From NCBI GenBank assembly GCA_965232015.1, contig OZ246946.1, positions 3,302,612 to 3,366,611 on the forward strand: a DNA stretch of 64,000 bases, written 5' to 3'. The notes below the pieces were generated by a model. That model searched no databases. It was given only the letters and a program-made list of their open reading frames with translations, and was not told the DNA's origin. The stretch's first letter is position 1, and the number at the start of each line of letters is the position of its first letter. Below are positions 46,836 to 55,004 of this stretch, piece by piece. Source of the DNA: Vicinamibacteria bacterium. Its GTDB lineage: Bacteria > Acidobacteriota > Vicinamibacteria > Marinacidobacterales > Marinacidobacteraceae. Position numbers and translations under genes: made by a program.

Positions 46836-47540
46836 GTGGCGGAGGACCACCTGGATCTCGTGTCCTCGATCGCCCGCCGGTACCGGGGTTACGGACTGCC
46901 GTACGACGATCTGGTGCAGGAGGGGACGCTGGGGCTTCTCGCGGCGGTTCGAAACTACGACACGAAGCGCGGCGTACCCTTCCGGGCGTACGCGGCCCGT
47001 TGGATCCGGCAGGCGATCTGTCGGGGGGTCTCGATCCGGTGCCGCATCATTCGCATCCCGCTCGACGTCCTTCAGATTCGCCGGCGCCTGCATCAGGTGA
47101 GAGCGCAACTGGAACAGGAGGCGGCAGCGTCCGGACGCTCGCCGACCGTCGAGGAGTGCGCCCGGGTCATGGGCGTCACGCCCGATGTGCTGCGGACCAC
47201 GCTCCGGCGGGTGCCGGAGTTCACCTCGCTCGACGCTCCGCGCGGCGGGAAGGGTATGTCGCTCGTTCCGCTGCCGCCGGACACCCGTCCCTGTCCCTTC
47301 GCCTCGGCGGCGTCCCGGGAGCGAGGTCGGCTCCTGCGATCGGCCATCGCCGAACTGCCCGGCCGGTTGGGGCGGGTGATGCGTCGTCGCTACGGCATCC
47401 GTGGCCACGAGGCGGCCACCCTCGCGCAGATCGGGGCGGAGCTGGGCGTCTCCCGCGAGCGGGCGCGGCAGCTCCACAACCGGGGGATCATGCTGCTCCG
47501 GCAAAACGCCCGTCTCCGGGCCGGCTGCGGCAGCGACTGA
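46836..47540 (+). CDS. Sigma-70 family RNA polymerase sigma factor (group 3, FliA/sigma-28-like; regions 2, 3 and 4)
   Basis: Region 2 'DLVQEGTLGLLAAVRNYDTKRGVPFRAYAARWIRQAI'. Region 4 HTH 'ATLAQIGAELGVSRERARQLHNRGIMLLR'. The GTG start at 46836 is a proposal; the ORF begins at 46671. Confidence 0.65.
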   Translation: MAEDHLDLVSSIARRYRGYGLPYDDLVQEGTLGLLAAVRNYDTKRGVPFRAYAARWIRQAICRGVSIRCRIIRIPLDVLQIRRRLHQVRAQLEQEAAASGRSPTVEECARVMGVTPDVLRTTLRRVPEFTSLDAPRGGKGMSLVPLPPDTRPCPFASAASRERGRLLRSAIAELPGRLGRVMRRRYGIRGHEAATLAQIGAELGVSRERARQLHNRGIMLLRQNARLRAGCGSD

Positions 47541-47647
47541 CCCCCCGAACCACCCCCGGCTCGTTCCGGCGCGGCGGGCTCGGCTGACCGGGGATGCCGG
47601 GCGCGTATATTCCGTTCCGGAGGACCGCAACCGGTACCCGCTCGAAC

Positions 47648-49717
47648 ATGATCCGACTCTCCTCTCTCTCCTCGATCACCCGGGCGGTTCTCGCCCTGCT
47701 GCTCCTTGCTCCGGTCGCGTTCGCACAGGAGGACGCGAGCGAGACCACCGCCGCCGAACCGGCCGAGCTCGTGGTCACGCCCGCCGAGTTGACGCTCGAA
47801 GTCGGGGATCAGCTCGTCCTGCAGGCCGAGGTGCGCGACGCCGAGGGCAACGCGCTCGACCGGACCGTCATCTACTTCTCCCGGGCGCGCCGGTCGGTGG
47901 GAGTGAACCCCGCCGGCGTCGTCGAGGCCTACCGGCCCGGCGAACACACGCTGATCGCCATGGTGCCGCGCGATCCCGAAAACGCCGACCGGCGCTCCGA
48001 ACCCGCAGTCCGCGTCGAGATCCCGGTCACCATCCCGAACCCTCCGGTCGCCTCGGTCGAAGCGGTGAACCTGCCCGGGAGGCTCTACGCCGGCACCCAG
48101 GTCGCTCTCGAGGCCAGGGTGACGGACATCTCGGGAGCGATCCGCAACGACGTGGAAGTGGAGTGGAGCAGCAGTGATCCATCGGTCGCCGACATGGATG
48201 CGCTCGGCGTCCTGACCCTGGCTGGCGCCGGCGGCGCCACGCTGACCCTGACCGCGGAGGCGGTGAGCCATGACGCCGCGATCGAGGTCGCCGCGAACCC
48301 GGCCGCTTCGATCACGCTGGAGGCGAGGTCCGACGCGAACGCGAGCGATCCGGTCCGAACCGGGGACGTGGTCTTCTTCGAGGCCGAGGTTCTCGACGCC
48401 AGCGGCAGCGCGGTGCCCGAGTACCCGGTCCAGTTCGCCTCGTTCGGGGTCGCAGCCGACGGCATCATCGCCCCCGGCGCCACCTCGCAGGTCGGCGCCG
48501 ACGGGGCGTTCGTGGCCGAACGTCCCGGCACGCACACGGTGATCGCGGACGGGTTCACGGTGTCGGCGTCGGCTTCGGTCCGCGTCGTGTCCCGCAACGT
48601 GCGGAAGGACGTGGAGATCGTGGGACAGGGGCCGGTCCGGGACCGGTACACCTCGGATCTGTGGGTGTGGGAGGGGACCGATGGCCGCGACTACGCCATC
48701 ACCGGAACGTGGGGCGCCGACGGGCACGCCTACTTCTGGGACGTGACCGACCCCTCGGCGATGGCGCTGATCGACACGGTCCGGGTGGACGCCCGCACGG
48801 TGAACGACGTGAAGGTGTCGGAGGACGCGAAGTTCGCGGTGATCAGCCGCGAAGGGGCGTCCAACCGGAAGAACGGGTTGGTGATCCTCGACGTGAGCGA
48901 CCCGGCGAACGGGGTTCAGGTGATCGCCCGCTACGACGACCAGCTCAGTGGCGGGGTGCACAACGTGTTCATCGCCGAGGAGCACATCTACGCGCTCTCG
49001 GCGGGCCGGCGCTACGACATCCTGAACGCGGAGGACCCGACGAACCCGTATCGGGTGGGCCGGTTCGAGCTGGACACGCCGGGGCACTCGATCCACGACG
49101 TGTGGGTGCACGAGGGGATCGCGTATTCGTCGAACTGGAGCGACGGGGTGGTCGCGGTGGACGTGGGTGGCGGCGGCATGGGGGGCGCGCCGAACAACCC
49201 GGTGCTGCTGGGGAGCACGCCGTATCCGAGCGGCTGGAATCACGCGGCGTTCCCGTATCGGAGCGAGTCCACCGGGAAGTTCCTGATGATCGGGGGCGAC
49301 GAGGCCTTTCCCTACCAGACCATCGGCGAGACCGGCACTCCCGACCGGGCCGCGGGCTGGATCCACATCTACGAGTGGGACGACTGGGATGAGCCGAGGG
49401 AAGTGGCGCGCTACCAGGTTCCGGAGGCGGGGACGCACAATCTGTGGGTGGAGGACGACATCCTCTACATCGCCTACTACAACGCGGGTCTGCGGGTCGT
49501 GGACATCTCGGGCGAGCTGCGCGGGGATCTCTACCGCCAGGGACGGGAGATCGCCGCCTTCCTGCCCCAGGATCCCGAGAGCTTCGTCCCGAACGCCCCG
49601 ATGGCGTGGGGCCCGCAGCCCTGGAAGGGCCACATCTTCCTCGCCGACCACCACTCCGGACTGTGGGCGCTGAAGCTGGTGGAGCCCGAGCCGGTCTTCC
49701 TCGGCGAGCCGCAGTAG
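47648..49717 (+). CDS. Secreted Big_2 + LVIVD-repeat beta-propeller protein, paralog 4
   Basis: Start chosen at MIRLSSLSS...signal peptide; the ORF extends to 47594. It is near-identical to paralog 2 over ~530 aa. Confidence 0.85.
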   Translation: MIRLSSLSSITRAVLALLLLAPVAFAQEDASETTAAEPAELVVTPAELTLEVGDQLVLQAEVRDAEGNALDRTVIYFSRARRSVGVNPAGVVEAYRPGEHTLIAMVPRDPENADRRSEPAVRVEIPVTIPNPPVASVEAVNLPGRLYAGTQVALEARVTDISGAIRNDVEVEWSSSDPSVADMDALGVLTLAGAGGATLTLTAEAVSHDAAIEVAANPAASITLEARSDANASDPVRTGDVVFFEAEVLDASGSAVPEYPVQFASFGVAADGIIAPGATSQVGADGAFVAERPGTHTVIADGFTVSASASVRVVSRNVRKDVEIVGQGPVRDRYTSDLWVWEGTDGRDYAITGTWGADGHAYFWDVTDPSAMALIDTVRVDARTVNDVKVSEDAKFAVISREGASNRKNGLVILDVSDPANGVQVIARYDDQLSGGVHNVFIAEEHIYALSAGRRYDILNAEDPTNPYRVGRFELDTPGHSIHDVWVHEGIAYSSNWSDGVVAVDVGGGGMGGAPNNPVLLGSTPYPSGWNHAAFPYRSESTGKFLMIGGDEAFPYQTIGETGTPDRAAGWIHIYEWDDWDEPREVARYQVPEAGTHNLWVEDDILYIAYYNAGLRVVDISGELRGDLYRQGREIAAFLPQDPESFVPNAPMAWGPQPWKGHIFLADHHSGLWALKLVEPEPVFLGEPQ
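48180..49680. repeat. Partner copy of the ~1.5-kb near-identical repeat (internal to LVIVD paralog 4)
   Basis: See 38160-39640. Confidence 0.75.
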
Positions 49718-49762
49718 TTCCGGACCGATCCGAGCGCTCACCCCATCGACAAGGAGAAACCG

Positions 49763-51061
49763 ATGTTCCCGAACCGCGCTGACCGCCTGACCGCCTCGCT
49801 GCGCCGCTTCCCGATCACCGCCGCTCTCGCCGCGGCGTTCATCGCCGCATCCTGCGGGGGCGGGGAGGAGGTCCCCGCGTCCACCGCGGTGGCCTACACC
49901 GGGGCGGGCCTGATCGTCGGCGACGGGACCGGACCGATCGCCGATTCGGTCATCGTGGTGGATGGCGGCCGGATCACCGCCGCCGGACCGGCGTCGTCCG
50001 TGGAGGTCCCGGCGGGCGCGGAGCGGGTCGAGCTCTCCGGCCGGTTCGTGATCCCGGCGCTCGTGGACACCCACGTCCACTTCCGGCTCCCGCGTGAGGA
50101 TCTCGTGGACGACCTCCATCGCCGGGCGTGGTACGGGGTCGGCCTCGCCCTCAGCCTGGGTCTCGAGGGGCTGGAAGATGCCGTCTTCGAAGCGCGCGGG
50201 GAGACGATCCCCGAGGCGGCCCGCGCCATGACCGCTGGTCCCGGCATCACCCGGCCGGAGCCGGGCCGCTCCGAGATTCCCTACTGGATCAATACGCCCG
50301 AAGAGGGCCGCGCCGCGGTCCGCGAGCTCGCCGTGAAGAACGTGGACATCGTGAAGGTCTGGGTGGACGACCGGAACGACCAGTACGAGAAGCTGACCCC
50401 GGAGCTCTATGGCGCGGTGATTGACGAGGCCCACCAGCACGGCCTCCGGGTGGCCGCCCACATCTTCGATCTCGAGGACGCCAAGGGGCTGCTGGCAGCC
50501 GGCGTGGACGCCTTCGCCCACAGCGTTCGGGACATGGACGTGGACGACGAGTTCGTGGCGATGGTCCAGGAGCGGCCCGACGTGGTTCTGATCCCGAACC
50601 TCGGGAGCCGGGGCGCTTTCGAGGATGTCTCGTGGCTGTCGGGCACGATCCCGGCCGAGGAGCTGGAGGCGCTGCAGGAGCAGTATCGGGAGCGCCCGGA
50701 GATCCAGGAGGCCTTCGCCATCCAGGCGCGCAACCTGGCGCGGCTGAACGAGGCCGGGATGAAGATCGTGATGGGGACCGACGGGAACGGCCCCTACCGG
50801 CCCCACATCGAGATGCTGGACATGGTCGAGGCCGGGATGAGCCCCCACGAGGTTCTCGTGGCCTCCACCGGCGCGGGAGCGGAGTTCCTCGGGCGCGGTG
50901 ACGAGGTCGGGACGATCACCGCCGGCAAGTCAGCCGACTTCGTGGTGCTCGAGGCGAACCCGCTCGAGGACATCAGGAACACCCGCCGGATCGAGGCGGT
51001 TTATCTGCGCGGCGAGCGGGTGGATCGGGAGGGGATGAGCGCCGGCTGGGTAGGCCAGTAG
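49763..51061 (+). CDS. Amidohydrolase-family metal-dependent hydrolase lipoprotein
   Basis: Lipobox AAFIAASCGG. 'PALVDTHVHF' HxH metal motif, '...AHIFD...' and 'MGTDGNGP' are typical of the amidohydrolase superfamily (Xaa-Pro dipeptidase/imidazolonepropionase-like). Confidence 0.8.
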   Translation: MFPNRADRLTASLRRFPITAALAAAFIAASCGGGEEVPASTAVAYTGAGLIVGDGTGPIADSVIVVDGGRITAAGPASSVEVPAGAERVELSGRFVIPALVDTHVHFRLPREDLVDDLHRRAWYGVGLALSLGLEGLEDAVFEARGETIPEAARAMTAGPGITRPEPGRSEIPYWINTPEEGRAAVRELAVKNVDIVKVWVDDRNDQYEKLTPELYGAVIDEAHQHGLRVAAHIFDLEDAKGLLAAGVDAFAHSVRDMDVDDEFVAMVQERPDVVLIPNLGSRGAFEDVSWLSGTIPAEELEALQEQYRERPEIQEAFAIQARNLARLNEAGMKIVMGTDGNGPYRPHIEMLDMVEAGMSPHEVLVASTGAGAEFLGRGDEVGTITAGKSADFVVLEANPLEDIRNTRRIEAVYLRGERVDREGMSAGWVGQ

Positions 51062-51165
51062 GACCGGGCTCCGGCCCGCCTCAGGGACCGGGACGGGCGG
51101 TTTCGACGGCGCCTTTGGGGAGTCCGAGAACGGCGCCCCAGAGTTCTGGTCGAGGCGGTTGAGGT

Positions 51166-51513
51166 TCAGGGCCGGACCCGGGCGACTTCCTGTTCGAGGA
51201 GGCCGACCCGGACCTCCAGCTCGCGCACGCGCCCCTCCAGCACTCCCAGGCGGACTTCGACTTCCCGCAGGCGTTCTTCGATCTTCGCGAAGCGCACTTC
51301 GATGCGGTCCTCGAGGCGATCCATTCGCGCCTCGAGCCGTTCCATTCGCGCCTCGAGACGGTCCATCCGGTCTTCGAGCCGATCTTCGGTTCTCGCGAGC
51401 CGCGCGTCGGTGAAGGTGAGGATGGTGACGACCCCCATCACCATGGGCGCCCACTGGCCCACCCACGACGGAAGGCGGCGCCTTCCGGACGGCGCGGGAG
51501 AGGCAGCGGGAGT
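51166..51513 (-). CDS. Hypothetical single-TM coiled-coil protein with tandem DRLEARMERLEARMDRLEDR heptad-like repeats
   Basis: Only the C-terminal ~115 aa of the 325-aa ORF look real (TM 'MVMGVVTILTF' then a highly regular coiled coil). The upstream part overlaps the pseudopilin gene in another frame. Confidence 0.4.
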   Translation of the reverse strand, partial: TPAASPAPSGRRRLPSWVGQWAPMVMGVVTILTFTDARLARTEDRLEDRMDRLEARMERLEARMDRLEDRIEVRFAKIEERLREVEVRLGVLEGRVRELEVRVGLLEQEVARVRP

Positions 51514-51629
51514 CATTCCGGGTTGCGGCGCCTCGGTGTCGGCGGCTTCGCCGGCATCGTAGCGGTCGGTCGCCGGGGCCCCGGGGTTTCCGAGGCCCCT
51601 CGAGTCTGGAGGTCGGCGGCTGGTTTCGC

Positions 51630-52322
51630 TCACTCCTGAACCCACTCGTCGCCCACGCGCCGCTCCACCCGGATCCGGGAGTTGGCGCCGTGGATCACCA
51701 CCGCGTAGGTCACGCCCTCGCCGCTCAACGTGATCCGCCCCGAGCCGGATTCCCCGAGCGGAGAGAACGAGACCATGCCGGCCCCGCCCACCGCGATCCC
51801 GGGAAGATCCCCGCCGAGCCGCCCGTCGCCGGGGGCGCCCCACTGCACACCGGGGAACCGGTCCTCCAGGCGCCACGGGTTCTCGAGGAGCCGCTCGGTC
51901 CCGGCGGCGATCTCGGCCCGGCGGACGCCGTTGTGGTTCGTGTCCTGGTAGAGCGCCACCTGTGGCGAGCCCCGGAAGAGGCCGCTGTTCAGGAGTCCTC
52001 CCGGGCCGGTGGAGGGTGGATCGAAGACCACCGCGACGTTGGCGGCGCGGTTGGCGGCAGCCGTCCGGGCGCGGTAGAGGAGTGTGCGCATCGCGAAGGC
52101 GGCGCTTCGGACCTGCTGCGCCCGAAACTGCCCCGCCACCCACGGCACCGCCATCGCTCCCAGGACCGAAGCGAGCGCGGCGGCGATCAGGATCTCGGCG
52201 AGCGAGACCCCCTTCGCGCCCGGGCGCGCCGCCCGCCCCGAAGGACGGGCGACGGCTCCGCCCCGGGACGCCTCAGCCCCGGACGGCACGATCCGTCTCG
52301 GAAACGGGCGTTGCGAGGGCAT
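51630..52322 (-). CDS. Type II secretion/type IV pilus pseudopilin (GspH/FimT-like) with prepilin-type N-terminal methylation motif
   Basis: 'GAKGVSLAEILIAAALASVLGAMAVP' is a prepilin cleavage/methylation-type N-terminus. The start is uncertain; no canonical start codon lies close to the motif. Confidence 0.55.
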   Translation of the reverse strand: MPSQRPFPRRIVPSGAEASRGGAVARPSGRAARPGAKGVSLAEILIAAALASVLGAMAVPWVAGQFRAQQVRSAAFAMRTLLYRARTAAANRAANVAVVFDPPSTGPGGLLNSGLFRGSPQVALYQDTNHNGVRRAEIAAGTERLLENPWRLEDRFPGVQWGAPGDGRLGGDLPGIAVGGAGMVSFSPLGESGSGRITLSGEGVTYAVVIHGANSRIRVERRVGDEWVQE

Positions 52323-52674
52323 GCACCGGAGGGCTGGTCCGGTCCGCTCGAGGCTTGGCCGGTTTGTCCACGGTCACATGGGGCCGGATCCGCTCGAAGG
52401 TGCGCTCGCCGATGCCCTGGACATTCAGCAGCTCCTCGATCTCGGCGAACGGGCCGTTCTCCTCGCGCCAGGCGATGATGCGGGCGGCGGTCACCTCGCC
52501 GACCCGCGGGAGCTCCATGAGTTCCTCGGCGCTGGCGGTGTTGATGTTGATCGGCTCCTCCGGCTGCGCGGCGCTGACCGCAGCGGACAGGAACCAGAAG
52601 GCGGCGACGGCGACCGCGACGAAGGTCGTGACAGGGGGCCGGCGGCGCGGCCCGGGATGACGGATCGGGTTCAT
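52273..52674 (-). CDS. comEA: Competence protein ComEA (tandem helix-hairpin-helix DNA-binding)
   Basis: TM segment (VAVAVAAFWFLSAAV) then 'ININTASAEELMELPRVGEVTAARIIAWREENGPFAEIEELLNVQGIGERTFERIRPHV', classic ComEA HhH. Confidence 0.7.
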   Translation of the reverse strand: MNPIRHPGPRRRPPVTTFVAVAVAAFWFLSAAVSAAQPEEPININTASAEELMELPRVGEVTAARIIAWREENGPFAEIEELLNVQGIGERTFERIRPHVTVDKPAKPRADRTSPPVHALATPVSETDRAVRG

Positions 52675-52935
52675 GGATGCCTCCTCGAAGCACGGGGGAC
52701 GGGTGGCAAGGTCGCCGCAGTGAGAGGGCATCGGCCGGCTCGCGGCGGCGACGTGGGAGAGGCAAGGGCGGGACCACCCGGCCGCGCCGGTCCCGGACAC
52801 CCTCCCCGTTCGGTCCAAGTCATTGACCGCGCCAGGAATCAGGCGCGGCGACCCCGGGTTCCGGCCTCGACCTCGACCTGATCCCGCGTCAACGAACGCT
52901 GACACGGCGGCCACGTCCGTTGCCGGTCCAGCGGT

Positions 52936-54879
52936 TCAGGTGGAGTCGTTGCGAATGTGGGCGGGCATCGAAGCGACGACGACTTCGCTCGACGACGCAT
53001 CCCAGAAGTAGTAGATCCGCAGGCAACGGGTCGGATCGTGGGTGGAGCCGCCACTCTTGATGTGCCAGTCCACCCGCCGGCCCCGGCCGCGCCACTTGAT
53101 GGTGAACGCGTCTCCCCCGCAGGGCTGGTTGTGCACGCCGTTCTCCACGATCGCCTTCAGTCCCTGCCCGGAGGTCTCCAGGCGCAGGCGGCGGTACTCC
53201 CCGCCCAGCCACCGCAGGCAGCGCGCGGCGAGCTCCACATCGGCGAAGCGGGCCCGTTTCAGCTCCCGGCGAGCCCGCGGCAGCAGACGAACCCGACCGG
53301 TGAGCTCCGCCTCGCACCACGCAGCGAATCCGGACCAGTCGGTGGGCAATCGGTGCGGAACGGAATGCGCGCCGCCGAGCGCGATCACCTCGCTTCGAAG
53401 CCGCTGGACCTCGGCCACGGCGAGGTCGCGGGCGCGAACCGCTTCGTCGGCGCGGTGCTCGGCCCTTTCCCATTCCTGCTCGTACTCCCTCCGATCGCTC
53501 CGGGCCGTCGCGAGCCGTTCGGTCGCCTGGGCCGCCTGCTTCCTCCGGCGTTCCTCGGATCGCCCCAGACGCCGCTCCGAAGCGTCCAGCTCCCGGCGGA
53601 GCGCCTCCACGGCTTGTTCCGCTTCCGGATCAGGCGCCCCCACGAGCGCCCGCCAGACGCCAGCCCCGCGGGAGCGAAGCAGGCTCCACATCCCGGGGCT
53701 AACCCGGGACGGCTCGGCTGCCTCGTCCGCAGGCCCGGTTTCGGGCTCCGATGGAGTCACTTCCCGCGGCGCCGGACGCGCAGGCGGCGGCGCTTCACGT
53801 TGCGGAGGCGGGGCCGGATCGGCGGCGGGGGCGACGGACCGGGTGTCCGCGGGCCCGGGCCGGGTTGGCTCCGGCGGGGCGGCGGATCGGGTGTCCGCGG
53901 GCCCGGACCGGGCTGGCTCCGGCGCGGCGCCGGTCTGCGACACCAGATTCCGGATCTGGGCGAAGGACCACGCCCCCGACCCGGTGAGGCTGTGCTCCGC
54001 GATCCGTCGCAGCAGCTCGTCCCGATGGGTCACGAGCCCTCCAGGCTTCGTCATCCAGTCGAAGAGGATGAGCCGATGATCCCGCGGATCGGCGGTGGAA
54101 CTGAAACCCGGCAGGTAGAGGCGAACCGCACCGAGGTACACCGAGCGTTGCTTGTCGAACGTCCGGGTCAGCGTCCAGGTGAAGTCCGACCGGAGAACGA
54201 CGACGACCGCCAGCCCGGCCGTCGCCCGGGCCATCGCCACCGGGTCGAGGAGCGGCCGATTCGGATCGTCAGCTCCCTCGGGTACCGAGAGCACGAGCCA
54301 CGGGATCCGGCGTTCGGGTGAGGCGAGCTCCTGACACAGCCGGTGCGCCGCGGGCTCCGAGTCCACGAGCCAGGGATCGGTCGTGATCTTCTTTCCGTCG
54401 CGCCGGAGGTCGAGGACGGAAGCCAGCCGTGTCAGCAGGTCCGGCACGCGGGGAGCGTCGTCGAGCCCGGACGAACGCCGCTCCCGGAGGAGCCGCAGCC
54501 GGAATTCGGGGACGCGCCCCGACTGGACGCGGACGCCGACCTCCGTGACCCACGCTTCCTCGGAGCCGGAGGAGTGGACCAGCCGCGCCGCCCAGACGTC
54601 GTCGCCGTCGGTTCGGACGCGGGCGGCCTCGACGGCGTGGCTCCCGGACTGCCGCGTGAAGGTTTCGAATCGTGAGCCTTCGGGAGGGAGCGGATCGGGG
54701 AAGCGGGAGGCGATCCAATCCAGCGCCATCGTCCGACAGGTTCGAGCGGCCGCGGCGGAATCCGGGGCGCGGACATCGGCCTCGACGCGCAGCACCTCGG
54801 TGGCGGCGGCCCCTGGCGTCGCCGGCGCGGTCAGCTCGTCGCGCAGGTCGTCGAAGGAAGTGAACGAACGGAGGGTCAC
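52936..54879 (-). CDS. Large hypothetical protein (647 aa): N-terminal globular region, Pro-rich linker with tandem repeat, coiled-coil, conserved Cys/His-containing C-terminal domain
   Basis: Long GC3-rich ORF on the same strand as, and upstream of, comEA/pseudopilin. The linker contains 'PEPARSGPADTRSAAP'/'PEPTRPGPADTRSVAP'. The C-terminus reads 'NQPCGGDAFTIKWRGRGRRVDWHIKSGGSTHDPTRCLRIYYFWD'. No family was recognised. Confidence 0.55.
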   Translation of the reverse strand: MTLRSFTSFDDLRDELTAPATPGAAATEVLRVEADVRAPDSAAAARTCRTMALDWIASRFPDPLPPEGSRFETFTRQSGSHAVEAARVRTDGDDVWAARLVHSSGSEEAWVTEVGVRVQSGRVPEFRLRLLRERRSSGLDDAPRVPDLLTRLASVLDLRRDGKKITTDPWLVDSEPAAHRLCQELASPERRIPWLVLSVPEGADDPNRPLLDPVAMARATAGLAVVVVLRSDFTWTLTRTFDKQRSVYLGAVRLYLPGFSSTADPRDHRLILFDWMTKPGGLVTHRDELLRRIAEHSLTGSGAWSFAQIRNLVSQTGAAPEPARSGPADTRSAAPPEPTRPGPADTRSVAPAADPAPPPQREAPPPARPAPREVTPSEPETGPADEAAEPSRVSPGMWSLLRSRGAGVWRALVGAPDPEAEQAVEALRRELDASERRLGRSEERRRKQAAQATERLATARSDRREYEQEWERAEHRADEAVRARDLAVAEVQRLRSEVIALGGAHSVPHRLPTDWSGFAAWCEAELTGRVRLLPRARRELKRARFADVELAARCLRWLGGEYRRLRLETSGQGLKAIVENGVHNQPCGGDAFTIKWRGRGRRVDWHIKSGGSTHDPTRCLRIYYFWDASSSEVVVASMPAHIRNDST

Positions 54880-55004
54880 GGCCTCGACCTCCGTCGGGCG
54901 GGGCGGGTGCGGGCAGGCATCGCCCCATTGTTGCGCGAACGGCGCGGAGTCGGCTATTCGCGGGCGACGAGGCGCGGTCCGGGGGCTTATATCCTCGCCC
55001 GCTC

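Noticed and set aside
47390-50848. 1152-aa minus-strand ORF spanning the sigma factor, LVIVD paralog 4 and the amidohydrolase.
   Set aside because: It is antisense to three independently supported genes.
51166-52143. Full 325-aa ORF containing the coiled-coil protein.
   Set aside because: Only the C-terminal TM and coiled-coil portion is plausible. The N-terminal two-thirds overlaps the pseudopilin gene in another frame and is Arg/Gly-rich.
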